From Candidatus Micrarchaeota archaeon (GTDB lineage Archaea; Micrarchaeota; Micrarchaeia; Micrarchaeales; CABMGC01): a stretch of 64,000 nucleotides of DNA. Under the pieces are notes generated by a model. It saw only the letters and a list, made by a program, of their open reading frames with translations, was not told where the DNA came from and ran no database searches. The stretch covers positions 6,113 to 70,112 of the forward strand of contig JAJYYF010000011.1 of the NCBI GenBank assembly GCA_021801225.1, in the 5' to 3' direction. A program made the position numbers and the translations under genes. Positions 44,326-53,144 of this stretch are shown in pieces. Numbering within the stretch: position 1 is the first letter of the stretch; each line of letters starts with the position of its first letter.

Positions 44326-44774
44326 ACTGCCTTTTTAATCTTTTCAGCTGTTTTTATTAACTCTTCTACAGATTTTTGAGGACCTAACTGAGTTGTTATA
44401 TATCCAGGATATTTTTCAAAGTATACTTTATCTTTTGAGTCTATTTCTTCAAAAGTTTCAGTTAAACCATGTATTGGATATAACTTAACATGTAAGTGAT
44501 TTATCCCTAAACCTTCAGTTACCATGGCTGTTCTTTTTACGTCTAAACCTTTGTCCAAAAGTTTGCCAATCTTTTTAGCAGTTAAAAGTATCTCTATATA
44601 TTCTGAATCTTTAAGATCAAAGGCATATGAATCTAAATGTTTTTTTGGTATGACAATACTCATTCCTTCAGTATTAGGATTTATGTCAAGAACTGCCAAA
44701 TGATTTTCATCCTCATATATTTTTACAGAAGGAATTTCTCCAGATATTATCTTACAAAATATGCAATTTTCCAT
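44322..44774 (-). CDS. HIT-family (histidine triad) nucleotide hydrolase
   Basis: CIFCKII start and the histidine triad NHLHVKLYP. Confidence 0.8.
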   Translation of the reverse strand: MENCIFCKIISGEIPSVKIYEDENHLAVLDINPNTEGMSIVIPKKHLDSYAFDLKDSEYIEILLTAKKIGKLLDKGLDVKRTAMVTEGLGINHLHVKLYPIHGLTETFEEIDSKDKVYFEKYPGYITTQLGPQKSVEELIKTAEKIKKAV

Positions 44775-44839
44775 TAGCTCACAATTATATAATATTAAAT
44801 AGTATATTATAAATTAAGTTTTAATGAATATGTGTTCTT

Positions 44840-45286
44840 ATGCGATTATGGTCACTCAAATTATCATATTTAGATACAATGGGATTACTTGCAGTATGGA
44901 GAGAAGGATTATTAGCAAAAAAGGTACTAGAAGGTAAAACTAAAGGTTATAAAAATCATCCGCAGTTGGAGCGATTTAAAGCATTAGATGATCCATTAAT
45001 TGGAATTAATACATACTTAAATCAGGTTTATTTAGAGTCTCTTTCGAGGGATTATGCGTTTTCTAAAGATAAAGTAAATCCTTCTCTAATAGATAAAAAT
45101 GTAAAAATACCATTAAATGATAAACAGTTAAGTTATGAGTTTGAGTTATTAAAAACAAAACTTAAAATTAGAGATAATAAAAGTTATCAAAAGATAAAAG
45201 ATATAGAAATACCGGAACATGTCTCTATTTTTTCAATAAGAAAAGGCCCAATAGAAAATTGGGAAAAAATTAAAAAACTTAATTAA
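44840..45286 (+). CDS. Pyrimidine-dimer DNA glycosylase (T4 endonuclease V-like) family protein
   Basis: MRLWSLKLSYLDTMGLLAVWREGLLAKKVLEGKTKGYKNHPQLERF matches the family N-terminus as I recall it. Confidence 0.6.
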   Translation: MRLWSLKLSYLDTMGLLAVWREGLLAKKVLEGKTKGYKNHPQLERFKALDDPLIGINTYLNQVYLESLSRDYAFSKDKVNPSLIDKNVKIPLNDKQLSYEFELLKTKLKIRDNKSYQKIKDIEIPEHVSIFSIRKGPIENWEKIKKLN

Positions 45287-47984
45287 TAACAGTTACATTG
45301 TGAGATTTAATGTAATCTGGATTGCTGACATTTACTGCTACTTTCGCACCCATTATTGTTGTATTGTATAATGAAAATCCTTTTCCAGAGTCAATTATTG
45401 GATATGTAAAGCCAACGAGATAACAGTTTGATATTGTTACTCCAGTAGTATTTATGTTAGCAAATGTTCCTCCATTTGTTGCATATATTGTATGACCACG
45501 GCAGTTTATCACTGTGTTGTTTGTTATTTTTCCATTTTCATTGTTTATAACATAACAAGTATTTCCATAAGAGTAAACCATATCGCTTTGGAAGCTAACA
45601 AATCCAGAGTTTGCAAAATTAAAGCAGGATTCGGTAGAATCAGGATTGATTGAAACTAACCAAGGACAACCTGATTTTTTAATACCAGTGTTTATGTTCA
45701 TTTTATTAGAAATTAGATTTTCTCCTGCTCCGCAATAATAATCTTGTTGGAAGTTGCTTAGCGCTTTATTTCCAGATACATTGTCATTTGATGAATTAGA
45801 AATACTGAAACCATAAACAGGATTACTGTTTCCAACATTTCCTACTACTTTACTTTCGGTAACATTATTCAATGCAAAACCAGTTGCATTGAAAAGACCG
45901 CTGCTTGCAACATCATTTTCAATTGAGATCTGTTTTCCATTTGTTATTGAAATTCCATATAATCTAAATGCGGATATCTTTACATTTCCAATTGAGCTAT
46001 CAGTTACATTTTTATAAACTGATCCTTGTGATACTTCAGATATTGTAGTATTTTGTAGATCTAGATTATTGAGATTTGATGCGTAAATTCCGTAATCATA
46101 ACTTTGAATTTGACAGTCTGAAATACTAACATTGCTGTTGCCATTATCAATTATACCATATCCATTATTTGTCCCGCTAATCAATTTATTATTACAATTT
46201 AATTTTACATCTGGAGCTTTTATTGATATACAACTTCCACTTGATGTTAAGTTTTGATTTATTTGGTATGTTCCAGGAATTGATATTGTTTGACATAATG
46301 TTATTGGGATAGTTTGAAGTGGGGGTGGAAGTTGTTTAGTACAAGTATTAAATGCGAATTGACACTCAGTACTTACGCAACTTGAGTTATAAATACTAGC
46401 AACTGATGAAGAGTTGTAGGTACTAGCTGGACAGTATATATCTCCTGCAAGATTATTTTTAGTATTAATTTTATTGTAAACATTTGAGTTACCTTTGTCT
46501 AAATATTGGCCATATAGATTACCAGATGTTGTTACATTTTGTATAACAAAGCCTATGCTTTGATTTTCATAAACTCCGAATTGATTATTGTTTGATATAG
46601 AGTTGCTCAACAAACCAGAGGTAGAGTTCTTAATATAAACACCGTAATTACCTTGAGTTGCGGTTATATTGAATAAGTTCGTGTTTATAGAGCCATTTAC
46701 AAATAAACCATATGTATTGTATTTAAGATCACAGTTTTCTACAGTTGTATTGTAAAGATCTTTTAAGTATATTCCATAATAAGAACTGACTATTGTTTTA
46801 CCGTTACAATTAAGTTTAACATTAGGCGCAGTTATTGTTATGCAAGGATAACTAGATGCACCTTTAGTATAATCACTTAAGTTGAGATTTTGCAAAATTG
46901 TGTAAGTACCATAGCTATCTATTGCACCACAAGTGTTAATGTCCTTTGATAACTTTACATTTTCTATACTATAATAATTATTTGAGCTACAAGTTGCAAA
47001 GTTACAGAGTTGATTATTTTGACATGTTGTTTTTGAGAAGTTATTTGTGTTCTTTGTATTAGCATTTGAACCACAGATCAAATCAGTAGGATTTTGCAAA
47101 AATGTATCTCCATAAAAGTTATTGCCAGTACTGTTTACATACAAGCCATAATATGCATTATTTATAAATGAAGTTCCAGAGAACAAATTACTTGTTCCAC
47201 TGTTGATATTAACGCCTCCGGAATTACTTTGAGAACCATATATTGTATTGTTTATTATTTTATTGTGAGAAGAGTTGTTCAAAAACATGTTAGATAATGT
47301 AGAATTTGATAAATACAAATCAGTTAAGTTGTTGTTATTTGAGTTCTTTAAATACAAGGAGTAAGAAAATCTTGAAACATTAAGCTTATTTATTGAAACA
47401 TTTGAAACTCCGGAAAGTAATATCCCATAAGTGAATGGTGCAACATCTATGTATGGACCACTTCCTTTTAAGTGATAGTTGTTTCCATTTATTATGACAT
47501 CACTTGAAAGTACTTCTATACAGCTTCCACTTTTAATTGATGTAGTTATATTACCAGTTACTGTGTAAATACCAGGTTGATTTATTACAGTACATGAGCT
47601 TAAATCCTTTGATTGAAAACTAGCAACTGTTGTCGTAGAGTTCGATGAAGTTTGAGTTGTTGTAGTGGATTGATTTGAAGTAATTGAGTGTAAATAAGGG
47701 AAAGAAAATACAAACGCAACAAGTATTATCCCTATTATTGGTATAATATAAAATTTTTTTCGTATTTTTTTATTATTGTTTTGTTGTGGTTGTTGTGCTT
47801 GAGTTTTATTATTAGCATTGTTATTTTTATTTGGATTATTATTAGTAGGAGCAACAGTAGAAGTGGTAATATTGCCTGAGTCACTAACATTGTTATTACC
47901 CGTATTATTACTATTATTAAACTGAGATTTATTTTGGTTATTAATAGTTGATTTTTGATTACTATTTGTGGGATTGTCTGCCAT
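45279..47984 (-). CDS. Surface protein with right-handed parallel beta-helix repeats, an N/Q-rich N-terminal tail and a signal anchor
   Basis: 901 aa. About 75 aa of N/Q/T low complexity, TM IIPIIGIILVAFVF, then repeated units of the NosD/PbH1 type (CxxIxxxGxYxLxxNL...CIxIxAPxVxLNCNG, seen twice) with many cysteines. Confidence 0.6.
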   Translation of the reverse strand: MADNPTNSNQKSTINNQNKSQFNNSNNTGNNNVSDSGNITTSTVAPTNNNPNKNNNANNKTQAQQPQQNNNKKIRKKFYIIPIIGIILVAFVFSFPYLHSITSNQSTTTTQTSSNSTTTVASFQSKDLSSCTVINQPGIYTVTGNITTSIKSGSCIEVLSSDVIINGNNYHLKGSGPYIDVAPFTYGILLSGVSNVSINKLNVSRFSYSLYLKNSNNNNLTDLYLSNSTLSNMFLNNSSHNKIINNTIYGSQSNSGGVNINSGTSNLFSGTSFINNAYYGLYVNSTGNNFYGDTFLQNPTDLICGSNANTKNTNNFSKTTCQNNQLCNFATCSSNNYYSIENVKLSKDINTCGAIDSYGTYTILQNLNLSDYTKGASSYPCITITAPNVKLNCNGKTIVSSYYGIYLKDLYNTTVENCDLKYNTYGLFVNGSINTNLFNITATQGNYGVYIKNSTSGLLSNSISNNNQFGVYENQSIGFVIQNVTTSGNLYGQYLDKGNSNVYNKINTKNNLAGDIYCPASTYNSSSVASIYNSSCVSTECQFAFNTCTKQLPPPLQTIPITLCQTISIPGTYQINQNLTSSGSCISIKAPDVKLNCNNKLISGTNNGYGIIDNGNSNVSISDCQIQSYDYGIYASNLNNLDLQNTTISEVSQGSVYKNVTDSSIGNVKISAFRLYGISITNGKQISIENDVASSGLFNATGFALNNVTESKVVGNVGNSNPVYGFSISNSSNDNVSGNKALSNFQQDYYCGAGENLISNKMNINTGIKKSGCPWLVSINPDSTESCFNFANSGFVSFQSDMVYSYGNTCYVINNENGKITNNTVINCRGHTIYATNGGTFANINTTGVTISNCYLVGFTYPIIDSGKGFSLYNTTIMGAKVAVNVSNPDYIKSHNVTVIN

Positions 47985-48080
47985 AAAACTACCGATATTT
48001 CAAAGATTATTTATATTGTATAATTTAAATATGTTTATATATGAAAGCAATAATTATATTCTAGGAGATAAACGATAAAT

Positions 48081-48191
48081 GCTCCGGTAGCTCAGTAGTA
48101 GAGCGCTTGTCTCGTAAAAACTTTTAATAAAAGTTTTATAAAAAATAATCGAGAGAACAAGAGGTCGAGGGTGCGATTCCCTCTCGGGGCT
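48081..48191 (+). tRNA. tRNA-Thr (anticodon CGU) with a 39-nt intron at 37/38; serves as the integration target
   Basis: Hand-folded. Acceptor GCTCCGG/TCGGGGC; D arm GCTC-AGTAGTA-GAGC; anticodon stem CTTGT/ACAAG; loop CTCGTAA; T arm GAGGG-TGCGATT-CCCTC. The intron (about 48117-48155) gives a clean BHB: CTCG/CGAG 4-bp helix plus an AAAACTTTT/AAAGTTTT hairpin. Confidence 0.8.
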
Positions 48192-48194
48192 AAT
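48179..48194 (+). repeat. attL core (direct repeat CCCTCTCGGGGCTAAT)
   Basis: Covers the T-stem 3' strand, the acceptor 3' strand, the discriminator and 3 nt beyond. Identical copy at 58324-58339. Confidence 0.8.
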
Positions 48195-48258
48195 AACTTA
48201 TTGTAGTAATACCCCCTTCAGTAAAGGTTTAAATATCTTTACTTTTATATACTTAACG

Positions 48259-49512
48259 GTGCTTTCAATGTCGAGTGAAACCGCTTTTACGAAGAAGAAG
48301 CAGAGAGGCATGAAGCCTCTTGAAGTTATTATTGGAAGGAAACAGCAGATGATATTAGATGGGTTCTATGCCTACCTCAAGGCTAATGGTAGAGGAGAGA
48401 GGACAATGTTCAGGCATGTTTACTGCCAGAGGAGGTGGCTTACCTATGCTGGTGAAGACTTTGATTATGAAACAGCCACTAAACAGCAGATTGAGAGCAT
48501 AGTGGGTAAGGTAAGGTCTGATAGTAAATTAGCTCCAGCGACAAAGAATAAGATACTGATAAGCATAAAACTGCTCTATAAGTGGCTTCTCGGTGATGGA
48601 GAAGAGTATCCCAAGCAGGTTAGATGGATTAAGGCTAATATTGGTAAGGAAAAGAAGATTACATCAGCAGAGATTTTAACGGAGAATGAAGTTATTAAGA
48701 TGATTAAAAGCACAAAAAAGGCTAATCTTAGAGATCGTGTAATAATTGCTTTGCTTTGGGATACTGGAATGAGGATAGGAGAGTTGCAGAACCTACGGAT
48801 AAGGGATATTGATATAACTTCTGACCAGAATGGTGTTTCACATGTTACAATCCCATTAGAAGGAAAGACAGGAACAAGGCAAGTACCTATCTTTATGTCA
48901 GTGCCTTACATCCTTGATTATCTGCAAGAGATGGGTGATATGGGTAGAGATGCTTATTTACTCAATTATTATGAAGGCAGATGGGCAGATATGAAGATGA
49001 AAGGAGTGCTTGATGGTAATGCAATCCGTAAAATGTTAAGGGTAACAGCCAAACGTGCTGGTATAGAAAAGAGAATATATCCTCACTTATTTAGGCATTC
49101 TCGTGCAACTTACTACGCCAATAGGATGACTGAACAGCAATTAAAATCCTTCTTTGGCTGGACTCCGACTTCAGGCATGGCAGGACATTATACACATCTA
49201 TCAGGTAGGGACATTGATTCTGCTGTTGCTAAAGCTAACAATCAGGAAGTAGAAGAGAAGATTGCTCCTGCCCTTGTCAATAAGGTTTGCCAAAGATGCC
49301 ACACAAAAAACGCAATAACCGCAATATACTGTAATGTATGTACTTTGCCTCTTGACATAAGCCAATTAGAAAAGGTTAGACAAGAACAACAGAAAGAATT
49401 AGCTCGTAGTTTGGTATTAGAGATTACACAAAATCCTGATGCTTTGAAGAATTTATTGGGGAATGTAAAGTTAAGTAAGGCAGATAAAAAGCGACTTCTT
49501 GAAACATTGTAA
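48259..49512 (+). CDS. Tyrosine recombinase/integrase with a C-terminal zinc ribbon
   Basis: 417 aa. TGMRIGELQNLRIRDI (Arg I), HLFRHSRATY (HxxR), GHYTHL (catalytic Tyr region) and CQRCH...CNVC. Confidence 0.85.
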   Translation: MLSMSSETAFTKKKQRGMKPLEVIIGRKQQMILDGFYAYLKANGRGERTMFRHVYCQRRWLTYAGEDFDYETATKQQIESIVGKVRSDSKLAPATKNKILISIKLLYKWLLGDGEEYPKQVRWIKANIGKEKKITSAEILTENEVIKMIKSTKKANLRDRVIIALLWDTGMRIGELQNLRIRDIDITSDQNGVSHVTIPLEGKTGTRQVPIFMSVPYILDYLQEMGDMGRDAYLLNYYEGRWADMKMKGVLDGNAIRKMLRVTAKRAGIEKRIYPHLFRHSRATYYANRMTEQQLKSFFGWTPTSGMAGHYTHLSGRDIDSAVAKANNQEVEEKIAPALVNKVCQRCHTKNAITAIYCNVCTLPLDISQLEKVRQEQQKELARSLVLEITQNPDALKNLLGNVKLSKADKKRLLETL

Positions 49513-49557
49513 TCATAACCCATAAATGCTTTAAAGACACTATAATTTAGTGATTTT

Positions 49558-50010
49558 ATGACGACAAATACAAAACAGATAGCGGAGCAGAGGAAAAGAG
49601 TACCTACAGAGAGTGAGTTAAACAAGATGATGGGCTGGAAACCTAAACTGCCAGAGTTTCCTGAGAATATACAGATAGCAGTACATAGTGCGAAAAATTT
49701 TGCTACCAATATGATTGGATACTCCAAGCTACTTCGTATTGGTGAATATGGTAAACTAAGTAAAAAGCAGAGGGATACACTGGGAATTGTAGTCGAAGAA
49801 GGAGATTATTTGATAGCAAGTCTAACAGAACTGTCCGATTTGGTGTATAAATATAAGAGGCAAAATAAAAATAAAGAGATAAAGGAGCACATGATAGACA
49901 TAGGCATTATCTGTGAATGGTTCTTGAGGTATGAAAAGTTATCAAAGAAGGAGAAAGATATGATGAGGTCTATAAAGAAAAATGCTGATGATGCAAGGAA
50001 GTTGATATGA
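49558..50010 (+). CDS. Element-encoded hypothetical protein
   Basis: 150-aa intact ORF 45 nt after int. Helical. Only a faint resemblance to a HisKA-like dimerisation helix pair (HSAKNFATNMIGYSKLL...LTELSDL). Confidence 0.4.
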   Translation: MTTNTKQIAEQRKRVPTESELNKMMGWKPKLPEFPENIQIAVHSAKNFATNMIGYSKLLRIGEYGKLSKKQRDTLGIVVEEGDYLIASLTELSDLVYKYKRQNKNKEIKEHMIDIGIICEWFLRYEKLSKKEKDMMRSIKKNADDARKLI

Positions 50011-50259
50011 TGACAAAAATAACCACTATTTTACTCAGTATTATAGACAAGACCTCTTATTTTACAGAGAGTAAAAACCAAAATCTTTGGTCTAGACACT
50101 TATTTCTTGAAGGGTATAAATGTCGGGTTGAGATATGATAACACGTTTTAGCCCCATTTGCAAGCGTCCTAAGAGGGTATCCAGAGCCTCAAAAGAGGTC
50201 TTCCAAGCCTGAGAGGATACCTCAAACAGTTATAGAAGGGGTTAAAGGGGGGATTAAGC

Positions 50260-50526
50260 CTATATCTTCTCTAGCTTCTTAACGATCTCCTTTCCCTTCT
50301 TTGAGATTATGTAGGCATTCATGTATCTCCTCTCAGTCTTAAGAGGTACAATCTCAATAAGTCCATACTTTAGTAGTCTTGATAGCTTAGAGGATAAAGT
50401 CATCTCACTTCTCACATACTTCTTAAGCTCCACAAATCGCTTAGGCTCATTTTCTAAGGCATGAAGTATATCCAAGACATAAGGTTGTAGGACTATTCTT
50501 ATTATGTCCAGCTTACTCTCTACCAT
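50260..50526 (-). CDS. Winged-helix transcriptional regulator (small, ArsR/HxlR-like)
   Basis: 88 aa. ILHALENEPKRFVELKKYVRSEMTLSSKLSRLLKYGLIE is a wHTH pattern. Confidence 0.6.
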   Translation of the reverse strand: MVESKLDIIRIVLQPYVLDILHALENEPKRFVELKKYVRSEMTLSSKLSRLLKYGLIEIVPLKTERRYMNAYIISKKGKEIVKKLEKI

Positions 50527-50660
50527 AATAGTTTGATAGGAAATACTTATATTCTACTTATTGGAACTAGGAGTAAGCTATTGATAACTGGAGTATGCTC
50601 TTTAGCCATATAGCAAGTAATAAAATACTTAGTGTGTTAGACATAGTTAGAGGTTTATAG

Positions 50661-51167
50661 GTGGCAGGAGATGCAGCAGAGGATATTGTAAATGTTTGGT
50701 TAAATGAAAAAGGTTACTTTACTAGACGAAACATAAAAGTTGGTAGAAAAGAGATAGATTTATTAGGCATCAATAAGGAAGGTAAAGGAGTCCATGCTGA
50801 AGTTACAGTTTCAATAAATCCTTTTACCAAAAACATAGCTAAAGAAAGAAAACAGACAAGAGATTTTTATACAAAAAAATTCAAGGACAAAGAAATTACA
50901 GACAAAATTCATGAATTACTCGGACGACATAAGAAATATCAAAAATGGATCATTCTTGGTATCAAAGAAAGTAAAAGAAAGACTGAGAAGGAGAAGAAGA
51001 AGAATAGAGAAAAATGGAGAAAAGTTTGGAAAAATCGAGGTAAAGTTAAGGAAGTTCGTTTTATGGATGAGGTATTAGAAGAGATAGATTTCAAAGAAGT
51101 ACCACAGGATTATGCGAGTAACTTTATTATGATACTTAAGAAATATGATAAGAAGGCTACTACTTGA
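50661..51167 (+). CDS. Putative PD-(D/E)xK-fold nuclease (Hjc/YraN-like core) with a K/E-rich C-terminal extension
   Basis: 168 aa with a GTG start. GDAAEDIVNVWLNEKGYFTRRNIKVGRKEIDLLGI...VHAEVTVS follows the G..aE..v..yL...G......g..EIDli....VEVK layout. Confidence 0.45.
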   Translation: MAGDAAEDIVNVWLNEKGYFTRRNIKVGRKEIDLLGINKEGKGVHAEVTVSINPFTKNIAKERKQTRDFYTKKFKDKEITDKIHELLGRHKKYQKWIILGIKESKRKTEKEKKKNREKWRKVWKNRGKVKEVRFMDEVLEEIDFKEVPQDYASNFIMILKKYDKKATT

Positions 51168-51852
51168 CTAACTCTATCAATCCATCAAGCCTACTGCAAT
51201 CTTTACAGCCATCTACTCCATCAGGTATCTTTACACTAGAGTATATCTTCTCAGCTTTCTCAAGCAGCTTTTCAACCTCAGCAGTATCTTTCTTTATCTT
51301 GTGTATTTTAGGCAAGAAAGGCATCTCAAAACCCCCATCAGTAGTATGCTTGCTGGATAACTCATCAAATCTCTCCTTATATGGAGGCTCAAAATAGATT
51401 AAGAAAAGGTCTTTTACTGGCTTATTGCCCATAGCTTCTGAAATGTAAGCATATCCATTAAGCTGGATTTGGTATATTGGCATGAACTCTCCTTGACTTC
51501 CTGTATATTTGGCGGTCTTATAATCGGCTATAACGAAGCTATCGTCAGGTCTCTGAAAAAGCAGGTCTGGGATGCCTGTAAGCATCATGTCTCCTTTTAC
51601 CACCTTAAACTCAGAAGGCTTGATGCTTACGATTCTCCTTACCTCTCCTATCTCTTCTAGCCATGCTGGTAGCTCTCCATTCCTCTCAAAGTATTTCTCA
51701 ACAATATGTTTAGTATAGGTGTCAATAGAGGAGAAAATGCCGGGAAAACCCATCTGATAAGGGAGGCCTTTGGCGTGCCTCTCTATCCAGAAGCATCTAG
51801 GACAGAAGCTAGACTCTTTAAGCCATCCTAAGTCCTTTGCTGAGATACGCAT
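51160..51852 (-). CDS. Cas4/RecB-like PD-(D/E)xK nuclease with flanking Cys pairs
   Basis: 230 aa. GIPDLLF...FVIADYKTAKY (D...D/ExK), QLNGYAYI (QxxxY), CPRC near the N-terminus and CKDC near the C-terminus. Its 3' end overlaps the convergent 168-aa gene by 8 nt. Confidence 0.7.
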   Translation of the reverse strand: MRISAKDLGWLKESSFCPRCFWIERHAKGLPYQMGFPGIFSSIDTYTKHIVEKYFERNGELPAWLEEIGEVRRIVSIKPSEFKVVKGDMMLTGIPDLLFQRPDDSFVIADYKTAKYTGSQGEFMPIYQIQLNGYAYISEAMGNKPVKDLFLIYFEPPYKERFDELSSKHTTDGGFEMPFLPKIHKIKKDTAEVEKLLEKAEKIYSSVKIPDGVDGCKDCSRLDGLIELVK

Positions 51853-51972
51853 ATAAACAAAGTTAATCTAGGCACTAAGATATATAAAATTGTAGGAACA
51901 TATACAGTACACAAAATGCGTAAGGCAACGCTATACAAATAGCCAACTATTTCTGGGTGGAATTTATAAGAT

Positions 51973-52974
51973 TTGCGGTTCTATCTGTTAGCGTATGCTT
52001 TAAATAGTTTAGAATGGTGTTTATTTATGGGAAAACAAGTGGTTGATACATCAATGTCAAACTTAACACATCAATTCACAAATCTTGCAGGAAAAGATGG
52101 TGTGACTATGAAAGATATATTATTGCAAAGTATAAAAAATACAAAAAAGGAATTAATTGGGAATAATAATGGATATCATTTTTTGATAACTGGCAATTCT
52201 ACTGACATATTAAAAAAACTGCCAGATGATAGCATAGATTTGATAGTTACAGATCCGCCCTATAACAAAGGCTTGGATTACGGTTCGTATTATAATGATA
52301 ATAAAGCATGGAAAGACTATTTTGTAGAAATGAAAATGTGGCTAATCGAAGCCAATCGAGTTCTTAGAAAAACAGGCACATTGTATCTAATAAGCTATCC
52401 TGAGATTAATGCTCGCCTATTGCCATTTATAGAAGATGAATTAGCTCTTAAATTTAGGAGATGGATTACATGGCATTATCCAACAAATATAGGGCATTCA
52501 AAGAAAAATTTTACAAGAAGTCAGAGATCAATATTATTTTTCACCAAAAGTAATAACTATGTATTCAACGAGGAAAACATAATTCAACCTTACAAGAACC
52601 CAACAGTTGCTAAAATAAAGGAAAGAATTAGGCTTGGATCGAAAGGTAGGCATTCCTATGATCTATTAAATCTTTTAGATATGATTGAGCTAAATAAAGA
52701 TATGATAGATGTTATAGATATAAATTTATTAAAAAACGTGTCTAAAGATAGATTCAATAAAAAACACCCTTGTCAATTACCTTTGTCTCTTTTAAGAATA
52801 TTAGTTAAAGTGAGTAGCAATAAAAATGATGTTTTATTAGATCCATTTGCAGGAACATTTACTCTTTCTGCAGTTGCAAAAGAACTGGGAAGAAATTCTA
52901 TAGGGATAGACTTAAATCCTCAGTATGTTAAATTAGGATTGAAGCGACTGAAAACAAACCAGGTACTTCTATGA
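51973..52974 (+). CDS. DNA amino-methyltransferase (N6-adenine or N4-cytosine), beta-class motif order
   Basis: LIVTDPPYNKG (motif IV) precedes LDPFAGTFT (motif I). The likely real start is the ATG at about 52027 (MGKQVV). Confidence 0.85.
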   Translation: MRFYLLAYALNSLEWCLFMGKQVVDTSMSNLTHQFTNLAGKDGVTMKDILLQSIKNTKKELIGNNNGYHFLITGNSTDILKKLPDDSIDLIVTDPPYNKGLDYGSYYNDNKAWKDYFVEMKMWLIEANRVLRKTGTLYLISYPEINARLLPFIEDELALKFRRWITWHYPTNIGHSKKNFTRSQRSILFFTKSNNYVFNEENIIQPYKNPTVAKIKERIRLGSKGRHSYDLLNLLDMIELNKDMIDVIDINLLKNVSKDRFNKKHPCQLPLSLLRILVKVSSNKNDVLLDPFAGTFTLSAVAKELGRNSIGIDLNPQYVKLGLKRLKTNQVLL

Positions 52975-53144
52975 ACACAATTAAAGAATACATAACAAAT
53001 AGCAAGGAGCTTACTCAGAAGGAGAAATCTCTAATTCAAAAAATGTATGAGAATACACTTATACATGAAAGTGATGCTGATCTGGAAAGTATATTAGACC
53101 AACTTCTAGAAAAAAATATTAAGGAAGATGATAGTAATGAGTAG
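52971..53144 (+). CDS. Untracked 57-aa ORF bridging the methyltransferase and the ATPase
   Basis: MNTIKEYITNSKELTQKEKSLIQKMYENTLIHESDADLESILDQLLEKNIKEDDSNE. Its ATG overlaps the MTase TGA (ATGA), and its end overlaps the ATPase start by 17 nt. Confidence 0.4.
   Translation: MNTIKEYITNSKELTQKEKSLIQKMYENTLIHESDADLESILDQLLEKNIKEDDSNE

Noticed and set aside
49242-49727. 161-aa hydrophobic minus-strand ORF overlapping the integrase 3' end
   Set aside because: It is antisense to two consecutive well-formed plus-strand genes (int and the 150-aa ORF). It has no motif and no sensible intergenic context.
51160-51852. Interpreting the Cas4-like nuclease as evidence of a CRISPR-Cas locus
   Set aside because: There are no repeats, no cas1/cas2 and no effector genes within 64 kb. 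Stand-alone Cas4/RecB-like nucleases are common on mobile elements, so it is treated as element cargo.
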